DNA of 64,000 bases, from positions 128,001-192,000 of IMG/VR virus record IMGVR_UViG_3300026302_000005; one strand, written 5' to 3'. Made by a program: the position numbers and the translations under genes. Source of the DNA: a virus (taxonomy: Duplodnaviria; Heunggongvirae; Uroviricota; Caudoviricetes). Shown here piece by piece: positions 51,816-60,293 of the stretch. The notes beneath the pieces were generated by a model. The model was not told the DNA's origin. It was given only the letters and a program-made list of their open reading frames with translations, and searched no databases. Position 1 is the first letter of the stretch. Every line of letters begins with the position of its first letter.

Positions 51816-52025
51816 ATGATGCCGTTATGGGAATCCATGGAAAACTTTTGCTGCTCGGTCTGTCATCAGAAGACGGGTGGGTATCGCATCCATAATGGCA
51901 CCGAGGGTGGTCGTCCTGGTATGCTCACCAGTGGTAATGGCCCGGTGTTTCCACGACTTCATGGCGGGTGCCCGGGTGAGAACATCCACGTGGCTCCTGC
52001 TCTCAAAGAATGGAGCCGGAAATGA
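51816..52025 (+). CDS. Small Zn-finger-like hypothetical protein
   Basis: GAGG RBS; CCSVC..H..C; ATGA overlap with dnaJ. Confidence 0.5.
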   Translation: MMPLWESMENFCCSVCHQKTGGYRIHNGTEGGRPGMLTSGNGPVFPRLHGGCPGENIHVAPALKEWSRK

Positions 52026-52891
52026 ATCCGTATGACATCCTTGGTGTATCCAAGACGGCCACCGCAGAAGAAATCAAGAAAGCCTATCGGGTCAAGGCCA
52101 AAGAACTGCATCCGGATCAGCAGGGTGGTGATGATACCAAGTTCAAAGAGCTTGGTGCGGCGTATGACATTTTGAAAGATGAGTCCAAGCGAGCGGCATA
52201 CGATGCCGGTGGAAATGAAGCGCGACCCCGTAGTTCCAATCCAGGACAACGCCAGTGGCAGTGGAATCGTTACCATGGTGACGATCCGTTCAATGATCCT
52301 TACATGGCGGCTCGACGGGCTGGTATGTGGGATCGTGGTGGACCGACTGTCAACAACGTTCAGATCAACATCGGGGTTCCGATTGACATCATGATTCATG
52401 GTGGGGAAGTAACCATTCCGGTTCAGGTCCCCAGGGTCGGCACTGTCAACGGGGGGATTGCTCAGTTCCAGTTCGAGACTCATATGCTGCGGGTCAAGAT
52501 CGACCCAATGACACCTGTTGGGCGTATGATTCACATCATGCCGGATGATCATTCCATTCCAGATGTTCACAAGATCATCGCTACGGTGTTTCCGGACAAG
52601 ACGACCGGCAAGAACTATCGGGTGGAACAGATCGATATCCATGTGATGATTCAGGTCGATGCATTCGATGCCCTACTGGGCCATCAGATCGATGTCATGC
52701 TACCCACGGACGAGACCGTCCGGGTCACTCTACCGGCTGGAATCTCCACCGGTAAGAACATTAGGCTGGCAGGCAAAGGACTTATCGATCTTGGTGGAAA
52801 TCGAGGCGATGTCTATCTAGTTGTGGGGTTGTCGCTCCCCATCCTGACAGCCGATCAGAAGGCAAAAATAGAAGCGATTCTTCGCTCCTGA
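52022..52891 (+). CDS. dnaJ: DnaJ-class co-chaperone (CbpA-like, no Zn finger)
   Basis: J-domain PYDILGV..HPD..AYDIL and C-terminal [12 protein letters not shown]. Confidence 0.92.
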   Translation: MNPYDILGVSKTATAEEIKKAYRVKAKELHPDQQGGDDTKFKELGAAYDILKDESKRAAYDAGGNEARPRSSNPGQRQWQWNRYHGDDPFNDPYMAARRAGMWDRGGPTVNNVQINIGVPIDIMIHGGEVTIPVQVPRVGTVNGGIAQFQFETHMLRVKIDPMTPVGRMIHIMPDDHSIPDVHKIIATVFPDKTTGKNYRVEQIDIHVMIQVDAFDALLGHQIDVMLPTDETVRVTLPAGISTGKNIRLAGKGLIDLGGNRGDVYLVVGLSLPILTADQKAKIEAILRS

Positions 52892-52896
52892 AAGCC

Positions 52897-52995
52897 TTGA
52901 AACTACCTCAACAGGCTCCTATCATATAGTGTTCAGGCCAGCAGCCGAACGCAAAATGTGGTATTTGTGAAACACAAAACAACACTATATGGACA
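52897..52995 (+). promoter_or_regulatory. nrdJ promoter with candidate tandem NrdR boxes
   Basis: TTGAAA-17-TATCAT. 16-mers at 52917, 52949 and 52980 resemble acaCwAtATaTwGtgt. Confidence 0.5.
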
Positions 52996-53112
52996 AACAG
53001 GGAACTACCATGACGAATACCCGTCGTGGGTAAATATCCCTGCGTCACCGGCAAAGCGGTGCCCCAGAAGGTCATTCGACCCTGGATCAATTCAACATTA
53101 TGAGGTAGAACT

Positions 53113-55473
53113 ATGAGTCTGGATATGAGTGGCGATTTTCGACCACTGCACCCCGGTATGGGGCAAGCTGTTGCCGAGCGAACCATCCTTCGAAAAAAGG
53201 AAAACGGTTCGTTTGAGACGTGGGGTGATGTTGCAGATCGGGTCGCGGTCGGGAACACATCACTGTGCCCGATGTCTGAAAGTATCCCAGGCGAACGAGC
53301 CCTGCTTCGGAAGCACATCGCCAAGGCATCCTTGTTGATGTCAGGTCGCCATCTCCAGCATGGGGATGCAACCCAATCCACCCGGAACATGGAAGTCTTT
53401 ACGAACTGTTCCACCGCCCCGGCCAGCTTTCTGTTGTTCTACCTGCTACTGAATGGCTCCGGTGTAGGTCGCTCCTATGACGACGCAATGATCCTGATCG
53501 ACTGGGACAACGCCCCGAATGTTCGGGTTGTTCTGGACGAGAATCATCCGGACTTCGATTTCTCGGCGCATGAATCCGTGCGTGATGCACTCCACAAGTA
53601 TGGCCCTGACAGCAAGAAGGTCATGTGGTATCGAGTGCCTGATAGCCGCGAAGGTTGGGCCAAGGCTCTGGAAATGTATGAACTGGCTGCATTCGAGAAG
53701 GTTCACAAGGACAAGATGCTTGTTCTGGATTTCTCCGATGTTCGTGCCAAAGGGTTGCCCATCGGTGGTATGCAGAACCGACCGGCTTCCGGCCCGGTGC
53801 CGCTGATGAACGCATTCATGAAAGCCGCATCTCTCAAAGGCTCCGGACTGAACCCGTGGCATCAGGCGATGTATGTGGACCACTATTTTGCCGAGTGCGT
53901 CCTGGTTGGTGGTGCCCGTCGTGCCGCTCGCATGAGCACGAAGTTCTGGAAGGACCCATCTGTCGTAGACTTCATCGAGATCAAGCGTCCGATTGAGTAT
54001 GCCGGTATGTCTGCCGAAGACGTGATGTCTTTCCGGAATTCATCTTCTCCCCAGTCCTTCCTGTGGTCTTCCAATAACTCCGTCACGGTTGATGCTGAGT
54101 TTTGGACACAGCTTGAAATCAAACGGGGCACGGATGAATACAACACCCCGCTGGCTCAACATGCTCGCAAGGTGTGGAAGCGTATCGTCGAATGCTCCTA
54201 CGGCGACGGAACCGGTGAACCCGGCCTGATCAACGTGGACAAACTGGTTCACAACAACAAGGGTTGGGATAACCTCTCTCGGGGTGATTACGTCGGCTAT
54301 GCCAAGTATCAACTCCAGGATGAAACCCAAATCCTGATGTCGAAGCTCGCCAAGAAGGCGAAGACGATGAAATACAACATGATCACCAACCCGTGCGGCG
54401 AGATCGCTCTGAACGTGCTTGGTGGCTATTGTGTGATCGCCGACGTGGTTCCCTACCACGCAGACACCCTGGAAGAGGCTCTGGAGGCGTTCCGTGTGGC
54501 TACCCGTGCCCTGATGAGGGTAAACCTCATGGACAGCCTCTACAAGCAAGAGGTGACCCGCACCAACCGGATTGGCGTCGGTATGACCGGTGTCCATGAA
54601 TTCGCCTGGAAGTTCTTCAAGGTTGGGTTCAAGGACCTGGTGAATCCGGACTTTGACGGTTTTCAAGAATTGCGGAGCTTTGGTTTGGACGTGGATGCTA
54701 TCCGCAACAACGAACATGCGCGTATTCGTGCGGCTGCATTCTGGCTGACCCTGGCCCGGTTCAACGCCGCAGTCAATGATGAGGCCGAATCGTATGCCGC
54801 TGTTCTGGGTGTATCGATGCCTCACACGACCATGACGATCAAACCTGCTGGCACCACCAGCAAGCTGTTTGGTCTGACCGAGGGTTGGCATTTGCCGTCG
54901 ATGGCATTCCTGTTGCGCTGGGTGCAGTTCCGTTCCGACGATCCCCAACTCCAAAAGTATCGGAACGAAGGCTACCCGGTTCGTGATCTCAAGTCCTATC
55001 AGGGCACGACCATCGTGGGCTTCCCAACAGCACCTACCATCGCTACCCTGGGTATGGGTGACGAACTGGTTCTGGCTGGTGATGCATCCCCTGAGGATCA
55101 ATACCGGTGGCTCCAACTGGGTGAGCAGTTCTTCATCCATGGTGTCGATCTGACCACGATGCAGCCTGTTTCCCGCAACACCGGTAACCAGATCAGCTAC
55201 ACGCTGAAATACAAGCCGACCGTAACTGGTCTGGACGAATTCAGATCGATGATGCGTAAGTATCAGCCGCTGATTCGTGCTTGCTCGGTGATGCCGCAGT
55301 CTGATACCTCTGCCTACGAGTATCAACCAGAAGAGGCCGTCTCCAAGGCCCGGTATGAAGAAATCTCACGGGCCATTCGCACGGAACTGGAAGAGGACAT
55401 CGGGCGGGAGCATTTGAACTGTGACAACGGGGCATGTCCGGTGGACTTCTCGTCCGGATCGAAAGCCGCCTGA
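53113..55473 (+). CDS. nrdJ: Class II (adenosylcobalamin-dependent) ribonucleotide reductase
   Basis: FTNCS, GSGVG, VPDSREGWA, ASGP.PL, VGGARRAA, TNPCGEI, TIKPAGTTSK, YQPEE, C-terminal C...AC. Confidence 0.92.
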   Translation: MSLDMSGDFRPLHPGMGQAVAERTILRKKENGSFETWGDVADRVAVGNTSLCPMSESIPGERALLRKHIAKASLLMSGRHLQHGDATQSTRNMEVFTNCSTAPASFLLFYLLLNGSGVGRSYDDAMILIDWDNAPNVRVVLDENHPDFDFSAHESVRDALHKYGPDSKKVMWYRVPDSREGWAKALEMYELAAFEKVHKDKMLVLDFSDVRAKGLPIGGMQNRPASGPVPLMNAFMKAASLKGSGLNPWHQAMYVDHYFAECVLVGGARRAARMSTKFWKDPSVVDFIEIKRPIEYAGMSAEDVMSFRNSSSPQSFLWSSNNSVTVDAEFWTQLEIKRGTDEYNTPLAQHARKVWKRIVECSYGDGTGEPGLINVDKLVHNNKGWDNLSRGDYVGYAKYQLQDETQILMSKLAKKAKTMKYNMITNPCGEIALNVLGGYCVIADVVPYHADTLEEALEAFRVATRALMRVNLMDSLYKQEVTRTNRIGVGMTGVHEFAWKFFKVGFKDLVNPDFDGFQELRSFGLDVDAIRNNEHARIRAAAFWLTLARFNAAVNDEAESYAAVLGVSMPHTTMTIKPAGTTSKLFGLTEGWHLPSMAFLLRWVQFRSDDPQLQKYRNEGYPVRDLKSYQGTTIVGFPTAPTIATLGMGDELVLAGDASPEDQYRWLQLGEQFFIHGVDLTTMQPVSRNTGNQISYTLKYKPTVTGLDEFRSMMRKYQPLIRACSVMPQSDTSAYEYQPEEAVSKARYEEISRAIRTELEEDIGREHLNCDNGACPVDFSSGSKAA

Positions 55474-55480
55474 TTGGAGA

Positions 55481-55509
55481 TTGGCCCGGGGTAACTCCCG
55501 GGCCAAATT
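55481..55509 (+). terminator. Probable terminator hairpin
   Basis: TTGGCCCGGG-GTAACT-CCCGGGCCAA. Confidence 0.6.
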
Positions 55510-55585
55510 CATTCGGCTATGCCATTCTGAAACTCACACGAATGTCAGTCCGGTATGGGCTAAATACACCGTGGGAGAGTATCTA

Positions 55586-55960
55586 ATGTCAACATATCCT
55601 AGCATCTATGCGACTGTGGTCTTTGACCTTCATCCGAAGGTCAAGGAGTTTATTGATCGACTGAACACCGATGGTCAGATCGATCTTGATCCGACTGGAT
55701 ATCCGTATCTGATCAGCGTGGATCGGAACGGCCCGAACTTCATTGCCAAGATCAGTCGTAACAATCGGATAGAAAACTTCGTTCTGAACCCCCGCAAGCA
55801 CGTCGATCCGGTATGCTCGTGGAACTCGGCTGATGGGTTTGTGCGACCCCAGCAGAAACAGGTCTCGGTAGTGCAGACGGCAGAACCAGCCGGTCGTGAA
55901 AGGACCAAGGTTCCGCCCACCGCATTTGAGGCCATCGTCGAGTCTATTCTGAAAGGATGA
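55586..55960 (+). CDS. Hypothetical late protein
   Basis: TAAATA at 55561 and GGAG RBS. Confidence 0.7.
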   Translation: MSTYPSIYATVVFDLHPKVKEFIDRLNTDGQIDLDPTGYPYLISVDRNGPNFIAKISRNNRIENFVLNPRKHVDPVCSWNSADGFVRPQQKQVSVVQTAEPAGRERTKVPPTAFEAIVESILKG

Positions 55961-55963
55961 GCT

Positions 55964-56311
55964 ATGGACGACATCATCAATCGTGGCATCATCTACGGCA
56001 CCCATCCACCCAAAGGGATATACTTCACCGTTACGGTTGAATACAACCCAACACACCCCATATTCGATGGTAAGATCAAACCCGGAGAGGGCCTGATGTC
56101 GTCTCCGATCAAAACTTTCCCTGATGCAATGACTGCATCGGAAACACTGGTGGAACAGCTACGGGACAAACAATTTGTGGGTTCGTCAGCAGTAGAGATC
56201 GATCCTTTCGAACATGGTGGTTTTCATACGTTGCTCAATGATGCATCGCAAAACCCGATTGCTCGCATCGGAATCATCACCCACGACTATCGCACCGTCA
56301 CTGTCCACTGA
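55964..56311 (+). CDS. Hypothetical protein
   Basis: 115-aa operonic ORF. Confidence 0.7.
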   Translation: MDDIINRGIIYGTHPPKGIYFTVTVEYNPTHPIFDGKIKPGEGLMSSPIKTFPDAMTASETLVEQLRDKQFVGSSAVEIDPFEHGGFHTLLNDASQNPIARIGIITHDYRTVTVH

Positions 56312-56322
56312 AGGAAATTCAG

Positions 56323-56793
56323 ATGCCAAAAAAGCCAACTCTCCGGAAGCGTAAGCCTGTTGCCGAAGGCGATTATGAAGTCATTGTCAAGGACACCAGT
56401 CCTGGTGCAAAGGTCAAGGCAACGGCTTCTGATGTCGATGCGATCAGCCCGGATGCTGCTATGAAAGCAGCAGTCCCACAGGGCACCGCACATGGGTCGG
56501 AAGAGGTCGTGGTTCGGAAAAAGGACCCACGGGCGGATAAGAGCAATCCATCCAACCATGGTGTATTGGGCGAAGCTGCTTTGGCGGCGATTTCCTATCC
56601 GTATCGGCTGGGTCTTCCTGCTACGTTCCGATCCATGATTGAGACAATAGATTTGCCGCATCGAATTGTTGGGGATGGGATCGTGATCAAGTTCACCACC
56701 CCAGAGGCCCTGACTGAGGGCATGAAGCGGTTGTTGGGTTCAACTGACCGTCGAGCGGCACTCGTTCTGGACGGGATCAAACGGAGTATCTGA
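56323..56793 (+). CDS. Hypothetical protein
   Basis: 156-aa operonic ORF with AAGGA RBS. Confidence 0.7.
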   Translation: MPKKPTLRKRKPVAEGDYEVIVKDTSPGAKVKATASDVDAISPDAAMKAAVPQGTAHGSEEVVVRKKDPRADKSNPSNHGVLGEAALAAISYPYRLGLPATFRSMIETIDLPHRIVGDGIVIKFTTPEALTEGMKRLLGSTDRRAALVLDGIKRSI

Positions 56794-57521
56794 TGACAAC
56801 TGCATTCACGCTCAGTGGTTGGAAGACCACTACCGCAACCGCCTTGATAGGTAGACTTCCACTACAGACGTTTGCCACTGTCCTCCCGATGATCGATTCC
56901 TATCTGGCATCGATTGGTGGATGGATTCCAAATAGTCCGTCTGATTCTACCGGCCCGGGATACCCTGCTAATGGTCTCACACCGGAGCAGGCCGCAGATG
57001 CAATCACCACCGAGCAGCTTACTCGGGTCCATCGTTTGTCTGCGAACGTCATCGTGAGTCTAAACCTGGAGTTCATCGCCAACCTGGCACCAGGACAACC
57101 CAGTGCTGACATCATCGCCCAGATGCAACCGCTTATCGAGGATTTCCTTGAGAAGCAATTTCAGAATGAGCCTATCGATCTGGTATCGATCAACACCGTA
57201 AGCGGAACCGTGGTGGCTGGCGGGTTGCTGACCGCATCCCAGCGGCAGGACATCCAGACCAAGATTGCGGCTGGTGAAATTCGTCAAGACCCCCGGCGTG
57301 TTGCGATAAACGCTGCTCGCACCCTCTACAACCTCGACACGACCTGGAATGCTCACGTCATGTATACGGAGCCAGATCAAGAGTTGGTGGTTGTGATTCG
57401 GAAATACGCAAATACCAACTATGGCACCCTTGACACGACCGCGACGAGTCAATACGTGTTCAGTATCGGTTTCGACGATTTTCGTGTGATCGGCGGGATC
57501 GTTATCCCAGTAAATCCATAA
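56793..57521 (+). CDS. Hypothetical structural protein
   Basis: 242-aa ORF with TGATG coupling. Confidence 0.7.
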   Translation: MTTAFTLSGWKTTTATALIGRLPLQTFATVLPMIDSYLASIGGWIPNSPSDSTGPGYPANGLTPEQAADAITTEQLTRVHRLSANVIVSLNLEFIANLAPGQPSADIIAQMQPLIEDFLEKQFQNEPIDLVSINTVSGTVVAGGLLTASQRQDIQTKIAAGEIRQDPRRVAINAARTLYNLDTTWNAHVMYTEPDQELVVVIRKYANTNYGTLDTTATSQYVFSIGFDDFRVIGGIVIPVNP

Positions 57522-57537
57522 GGATAGGACATCCATC

Positions 57538-57861
57538 ATGGCCACCTACACCAAAGTTGAAAACCGTGGGCACACCCTTCACCTGATCAAACTGAGCCGC
57601 GATTTGGACGGATCATCCGTTTATCTCGACATCACCCGTGTGGTGAAAGAGGCCATGAAACAGGACGCTCTTGCTGGGTATGAGTTTAACGGGCCACGAG
57701 CCGCAAACGAGATTATCCGTGCCTCGGACTACGCTGACTATGTGAGTCAGCACATCACCTGGGACACCCTCCCGAACTATCACACTCGCCAATACTCGGT
57801 GTTCACCGAGCGGGCCCAAACAGCCGATACAAGCAATGCTGGCACCCTCGTTTCTGTCTGA
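57538..57861 (+). CDS. Hypothetical protein
   Basis: 107-aa ORF with AGGA RBS. Confidence 0.7.
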   Translation: MATYTKVENRGHTLHLIKLSRDLDGSSVYLDITRVVKEAMKQDALAGYEFNGPRAANEIIRASDYADYVSQHITWDTLPNYHTRQYSVFTERAQTADTSNAGTLVSV

Positions 57862-58243
57862 CTCCGACCGGCAGAAGCTGGTCGCGATCAATCAACGCCT
57901 TCTCGGGAAAAATACTCCCGAGGAGGTTGCGGAGCTTCAAGAGGAACAACATGCTATCATGGCGAAGCGCAAAGAGCTTCCTGAATGCACGTTTGATGAA
58001 CTTCAAGAACTTCGAGCCCAGCTATTCGATCAATACCAAAAGCATGCCGCGATTGGGTCTAAGCAGGCCCGGGTGATCGCCCAGTATCTTCGTCAAGTAG
58101 AATTCCGAGAGATGGCATTTGCCCAGAAGGCAGATGATATGATTGTGTCCGCACCAGAACGAGTCCTTGCCAATGTCCCAAAAAGCAGAAGTCGAGTATC
58201 ATCCAAACCGTCTCAGTATAACTGGACCATCGATGTTGACTAG
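57836..58243 (+). CDS. Hypothetical coiled-coil protein
   Basis: 135-aa overlapping ORF. Confidence 0.65.
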   Translation: MLAPSFLSDSDRQKLVAINQRLLGKNTPEEVAELQEEQHAIMAKRKELPECTFDELQELRAQLFDQYQKHAAIGSKQARVIAQYLRQVEFREMAFAQKADDMIVSAPERVLANVPKSRSRVSSKPSQYNWTIDVD

Positions 58244-58448
58244 CCAACTCCGGCTCCTGGAGATGTCAGTCGGTTTGGATAAACAGGCCATCCTTGGTCA
58301 ATACCATGTGCTGTGTGGAGTCACTGGTCAGCAAATCCCACTTTCTGAGCTAAAGTATTGGAATGTCGAGAGACAAATCCCATACCTTTCGCCAGAAATT
58401 ATACCGGTTTCGCACTTTTATCCACACTTAGTGGGTGAACGGTCTTGA
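58233..58448 (+). CDS. DUF2093-like protein (start uncertain)
   Basis: VLCGVTGQQIPLSELKYWNVERQIPY matches the CAVTG..IPL.EL.YW.V.RQE.Y pattern. Confidence 0.7.
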   Translation: MLTSQLRLLEMSVGLDKQAILGQYHVLCGVTGQQIPLSELKYWNVERQIPYLSPEIIPVSHFYPHLVGERS

Positions 58449-58501
58449 TCTACCGGATGTAGGACCCACATATGTCGTATCAACTGTTAGGATAATCCAT
58501 A

Positions 58502-59674
58502 ATGGACAAACCGCTAAAGAACCAGATCATTCAAGCGTCCGAACTGATGCTGGCTACACCAGAATACACCAGGACGGACCTGATCCGGATGTTGCAGGAA
58601 CAAGCAGAAGAGTCACCCACGATTCGGGTTACTCGGGATCGGTTCCGCGCTCTGACCGGGTTGAAGGATTCGGTGTGGGCTGCTCATTTCGGAACGTTCC
58701 CGGCCTTCATGGAGGCGGCTGGTATCAACACCAGTCCGATGACCCGGGCACTGACCAATCAGATCGCTCGCCATTCACGTAAGGACTACATCCGTGAAGT
58801 CTCCAACGCCCGCCTGACCTGGGGCGACACCTATCGGAAGCCCGACAATGGTGAACGCTTCAAGACGATGATCATCGCATCGGATTTCCACGATACCGAA
58901 ACCGATGCTTTCTGCATGCGGATGTTCGTGGAAGCTCTGACCCAGATACAACCGGACATCGTGTGTGTCAACGGCGATCTGTTCGATCTTCCGGAATTCT
59001 CTCGTCACCCCAAAGACCCCCGTGACTGGGACCTGGTAGGACGAATCAATCGTGGTCTCTCCGTGTTGGAGACGATCCGGAACATCTGTCCGACGGCTCA
59101 GATCGATCTGGTCGAGGGTAATCACGAAGCCCGGGTCGTGAAATTCATGGTGGAAAACTCTCCCCAGTTGATGGAGATTCTTTCGGACCACCACGACATG
59201 GATATCCGGAAACTGTTGAAGCTGGACGAATACGGGGTGAACTACATCGCCACGGCTGACCTGGCTGCATTCTCGGATGCACAGTTGTCGCAGTCGATTC
59301 GCTCGTCCGAGAAAATCTACTACGGCTTCATTCGTGCCCGTCACCACCCGCCGTCAAAGAAGGACCCCGTGCTGATGCCCGGTTTCCATGGTCATCACCA
59401 TGCTCACCTGGTTACCACCCATTGGGCTCACAACCTGGGATCGTTTGAGTGGCATCAGCTTGGTGGCATGCACAAGCGACTGGCGTCCTATACGGATGGT
59501 CGGAAGTGGAACTGTGGCTTCTTGTATGCGGTTGTGGACACCAAATACGAACGGGTGAACTTCCACTACACGAATGTCGGTGACACCGGATGCCAGCTTG
59601 GTGGACAATACTACGAACGTCTCAAGACCGAGTATTATCCCCAACTGATCGCCGAACTGGAGCGTAGCTATTGA
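58502..59674 (+). CDS. Calcineurin-like metallophosphoesterase with an N-terminal helical repeat
   Basis: SDFHD, NGDLFD, EGNHE, HGHHH; N-terminal HFGTFPAFMEAAGI. Confidence 0.8.
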   Translation: MDKPLKNQIIQASELMLATPEYTRTDLIRMLQEQAEESPTIRVTRDRFRALTGLKDSVWAAHFGTFPAFMEAAGINTSPMTRALTNQIARHSRKDYIREVSNARLTWGDTYRKPDNGERFKTMIIASDFHDTETDAFCMRMFVEALTQIQPDIVCVNGDLFDLPEFSRHPKDPRDWDLVGRINRGLSVLETIRNICPTAQIDLVEGNHEARVVKFMVENSPQLMEILSDHHDMDIRKLLKLDEYGVNYIATADLAAFSDAQLSQSIRSSEKIYYGFIRARHHPPSKKDPVLMPGFHGHHHAHLVTTHWAHNLGSFEWHQLGGMHKRLASYTDGRKWNCGFLYAVVDTKYERVNFHYTNVGDTGCQLGGQYYERLKTEYYPQLIAELERSY

Positions 59675-59676
59675 GT

Positions 59677-59976
59677 ATGGGTGACTCAATCACCACAGAT
59701 CGGATCGTGAAGGTCCACCGCCCGAAGTGGTGGAAGGTGATCATCAATCATGATCCCCACGTGCCGGTTGAGTTCAATGTGAGCCTTCTACTGACCTACT
59801 TCAACATGGATGTGTTGACGGCTCATAAGCACGTGTCTGAGGTTTGGAGCAAGGGTAGCACGATTGCAGGTGTCTACACGTTCGAGGTGGCTGAGACCAA
59901 ACTCGGACTATGTGGAATGATCGCACGGCAAAACAACTTACCCTTCCGTTTGATCCTCGAACCGGTTCACGAATAA
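59677..59976 (+). CDS. clpS: ClpS-like N-end-rule adaptor
   Basis: PKWWKVIINHDPHVPVEF..F..A..V..KG..IAGVYTFEVAETK..PFRLILEP. Confidence 0.8.
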   Translation: MGDSITTDRIVKVHRPKWWKVIINHDPHVPVEFNVSLLLTYFNMDVLTAHKHVSEVWSKGSTIAGVYTFEVAETKLGLCGMIARQNNLPFRLILEPVHE

Positions 59977-59992
59977 ATTTGCGTTTGAGGGC

Positions 59993-60021
59993 TTGACCAT
60001 TACGGTTGGTGTGAGTATATT
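59993..60021 (+). promoter_or_regulatory. Sigma70-type promoter for the Y RNA-Ro60 unit
   Basis: TTGACC-17bp-TATATT. The predicted start near 60028-60031 coincides with the Y RNA 5' end. Confidence 0.75.
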
Positions 60022-60030
60022 GACCTTCAT

Positions 60031-60095
60031 GACGGGCCGAAGCACCGTGGGTTATCGTGAACTGGTGAACCCCACACTGCATCCACTTGCCCGTC
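60031..60095 (+). ncRNA. Y RNA (Ro60-binding)
   Basis: Terminal stem GACGGGC/GCCCGTC, a bulged C followed by GA/TT (GGGC-C-GA...CTTGCCC) and an upper stem GTGGG/CCCAC. It lies about 200 nt upstream of the Ro60 gene. Confidence 0.75.
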
Positions 60096-60150
60096 TACGA
60101 AATTCTGGAAGACTGACGATGGAACTACGTGATAACACCGCAACGAAATC

Positions 60151-60218
60151 AGCCGCCCCCTCGGGGTGCGATTTCGCATCCATCAACACCGACTAACCGC
60201 ATCCATTCGGGGGCGGTT
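60151..60218 (+). ncRNA. Second structured RNA element (possible divergent Y RNA or leader switch)
   Basis: AGCCGCCCCC/GGGGGCGGTT stem. The internal GGGTGCG can pair with either of two CGCATCC copies. Confidence 0.45.
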
Positions 60219-60293
60219 CGGCCCTCGGAATAGATCGACGATCTCTCCTATGGGCACACCCACCGGCTACAGGCCAAAACAGGAGAGACCATC

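Noticed and set aside
52926-53112. Cobalamin riboswitch upstream of nrdJ
   Set aside because: I could not find the B12-box or other core motifs by eye. An Rfam scan would be decisive.
59993-60196. 67-aa ORF over the Y RNA region
   Set aside because: Its TTG start is the -35 hexamer and it has no RBS. Structured RNA explains the region better.
60211-60228. GGTTCG as the T-loop of a tRNA or YrlA-like domain
   Set aside because: The flanking bases do not form a canonical 5-bp T-stem, and no D-arm or CCA end is evident.
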